The notes below the pieces were generated by a model, which searched no databases, was not told where the DNA came from, and worked only from the letters and a program-made list of their open reading frames with translations. The translations under genes were made by a program, and so were the position numbers. Shown in pieces: positions 63,540 through 64,000 of a stretch of 64,000 nucleotides of DNA. Origin of the DNA: Methanobacteriota archaeon (GTDB taxonomy: Archaea > Methanobacteriota > Methanobacteria > Methanobacteriales > Methanobacteriaceae); contig JAEZKE010000140.1 in NCBI GenBank assembly GCA_023436175.1, positions 464 through 64,463 on the forward strand, given 5' to 3'. The first letter of the stretch is position 1. Every line of letters begins with the position of its first letter.

Positions 63540-64000
63540 CTAAAAGCGAATTCTATCCTTATTTTTTGGTATTCCATTTTTTATTTTAATCCAGCTACCA
63601 TTAAGATATAACTCGTATTCTATAAAACAACAGGGAATACCTTTAGCAGTAACAGGATCAGGACTGTCCATAAGGTGAAAATGAAGATGGGGCGCAGTAG
63701 AATTACCAGAATGGCCAATATTACCAACCAAATCCCCAGCACTTATTTCGTCACCATTATCTACTTTTATAGAATGTTTTTTCATATGAACAAGAACTGC
63801 ACAGGCTTCATCCCCCTGAATAATGATAAAATTGCCTGCAACATCCTGAATGCTGTGTTTTTGCGGGTCGAAAAACCATGCATTCTTAAAAGCAACTGAA
63901 ATATCGTGGAAAGGTTGAACTGGGTCTCGTTCAGGGTATCCATCAAGAGCTTCAACTACAGTGCCTGAAATCGGTGCATAAATAGGTTTTCCATAACAGT
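63540..64000 (-). CDS. M23-family metallopeptidase (5' end outside window)
   Basis: Frame open to window edge: GKPIYAP.SG.V, GNFIII, VHMK, G.SGNSTAPHLHF. Confidence 0.88.
   Translation of the reverse strand, partial: CYGKPIYAPISGTVVEALDGYPERDPVQPFHDISVAFKNAWFFDPQKHSIQDVAGNFIIIQGDEACAVLVHMKKHSIKVDNGDEISAGDLVGNIGHSGNSTAPHLHFHLMDSPDPVTAKGIPCCFIEYELYLNGSWIKIKNGIPKNKDRIRF

Overview
AT-rich archaeal chromosomal DNA, most consistent with a Methanobacterium (Methanobacteriales). Support: a TBP of the Methanothermobacter type, F420H2-oxidase-type FprA, HisKA_2 and PAS kinases, archaeal TATA/BRE promoters and GGAGG/GGTGA ribosome-binding sites. The window is an accessory-type patchwork of about 60 genes. 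These cover signalling (response regulator, a 7TM-PAS kinase, a PAS pseudokinase, GAF proteins), transport (ZIP, APC permease, FeoB, P-type ATPase, two MFS), redox and sulfur proteins, three UbiA/MenA prenyltransferases and regulator-target cassettes with visible operators. I saw no tRNA, rRNA, CRISPR array or transposase. The most interesting signals are absent from the ORF track: (1) three copies of a promoter-plus-hairpin element that looks like a small-RNA family with C-rich, anti-Shine-Dalgarno-like loops; (2) arrays of short-loop hairpins, one of which appears to be inserted into a gene; (3) an apparently extra TBP gene bracketed by two paralogous ~60-aa ORFs; (4) an HTH-GAF-GAF regulator with tandem palindromic operators facing a DUF169/TusA-DsrE operon; (5) several unannotated small ORFs and gene relics. 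Family calls come from motif recognition by eye; no database searches were run.
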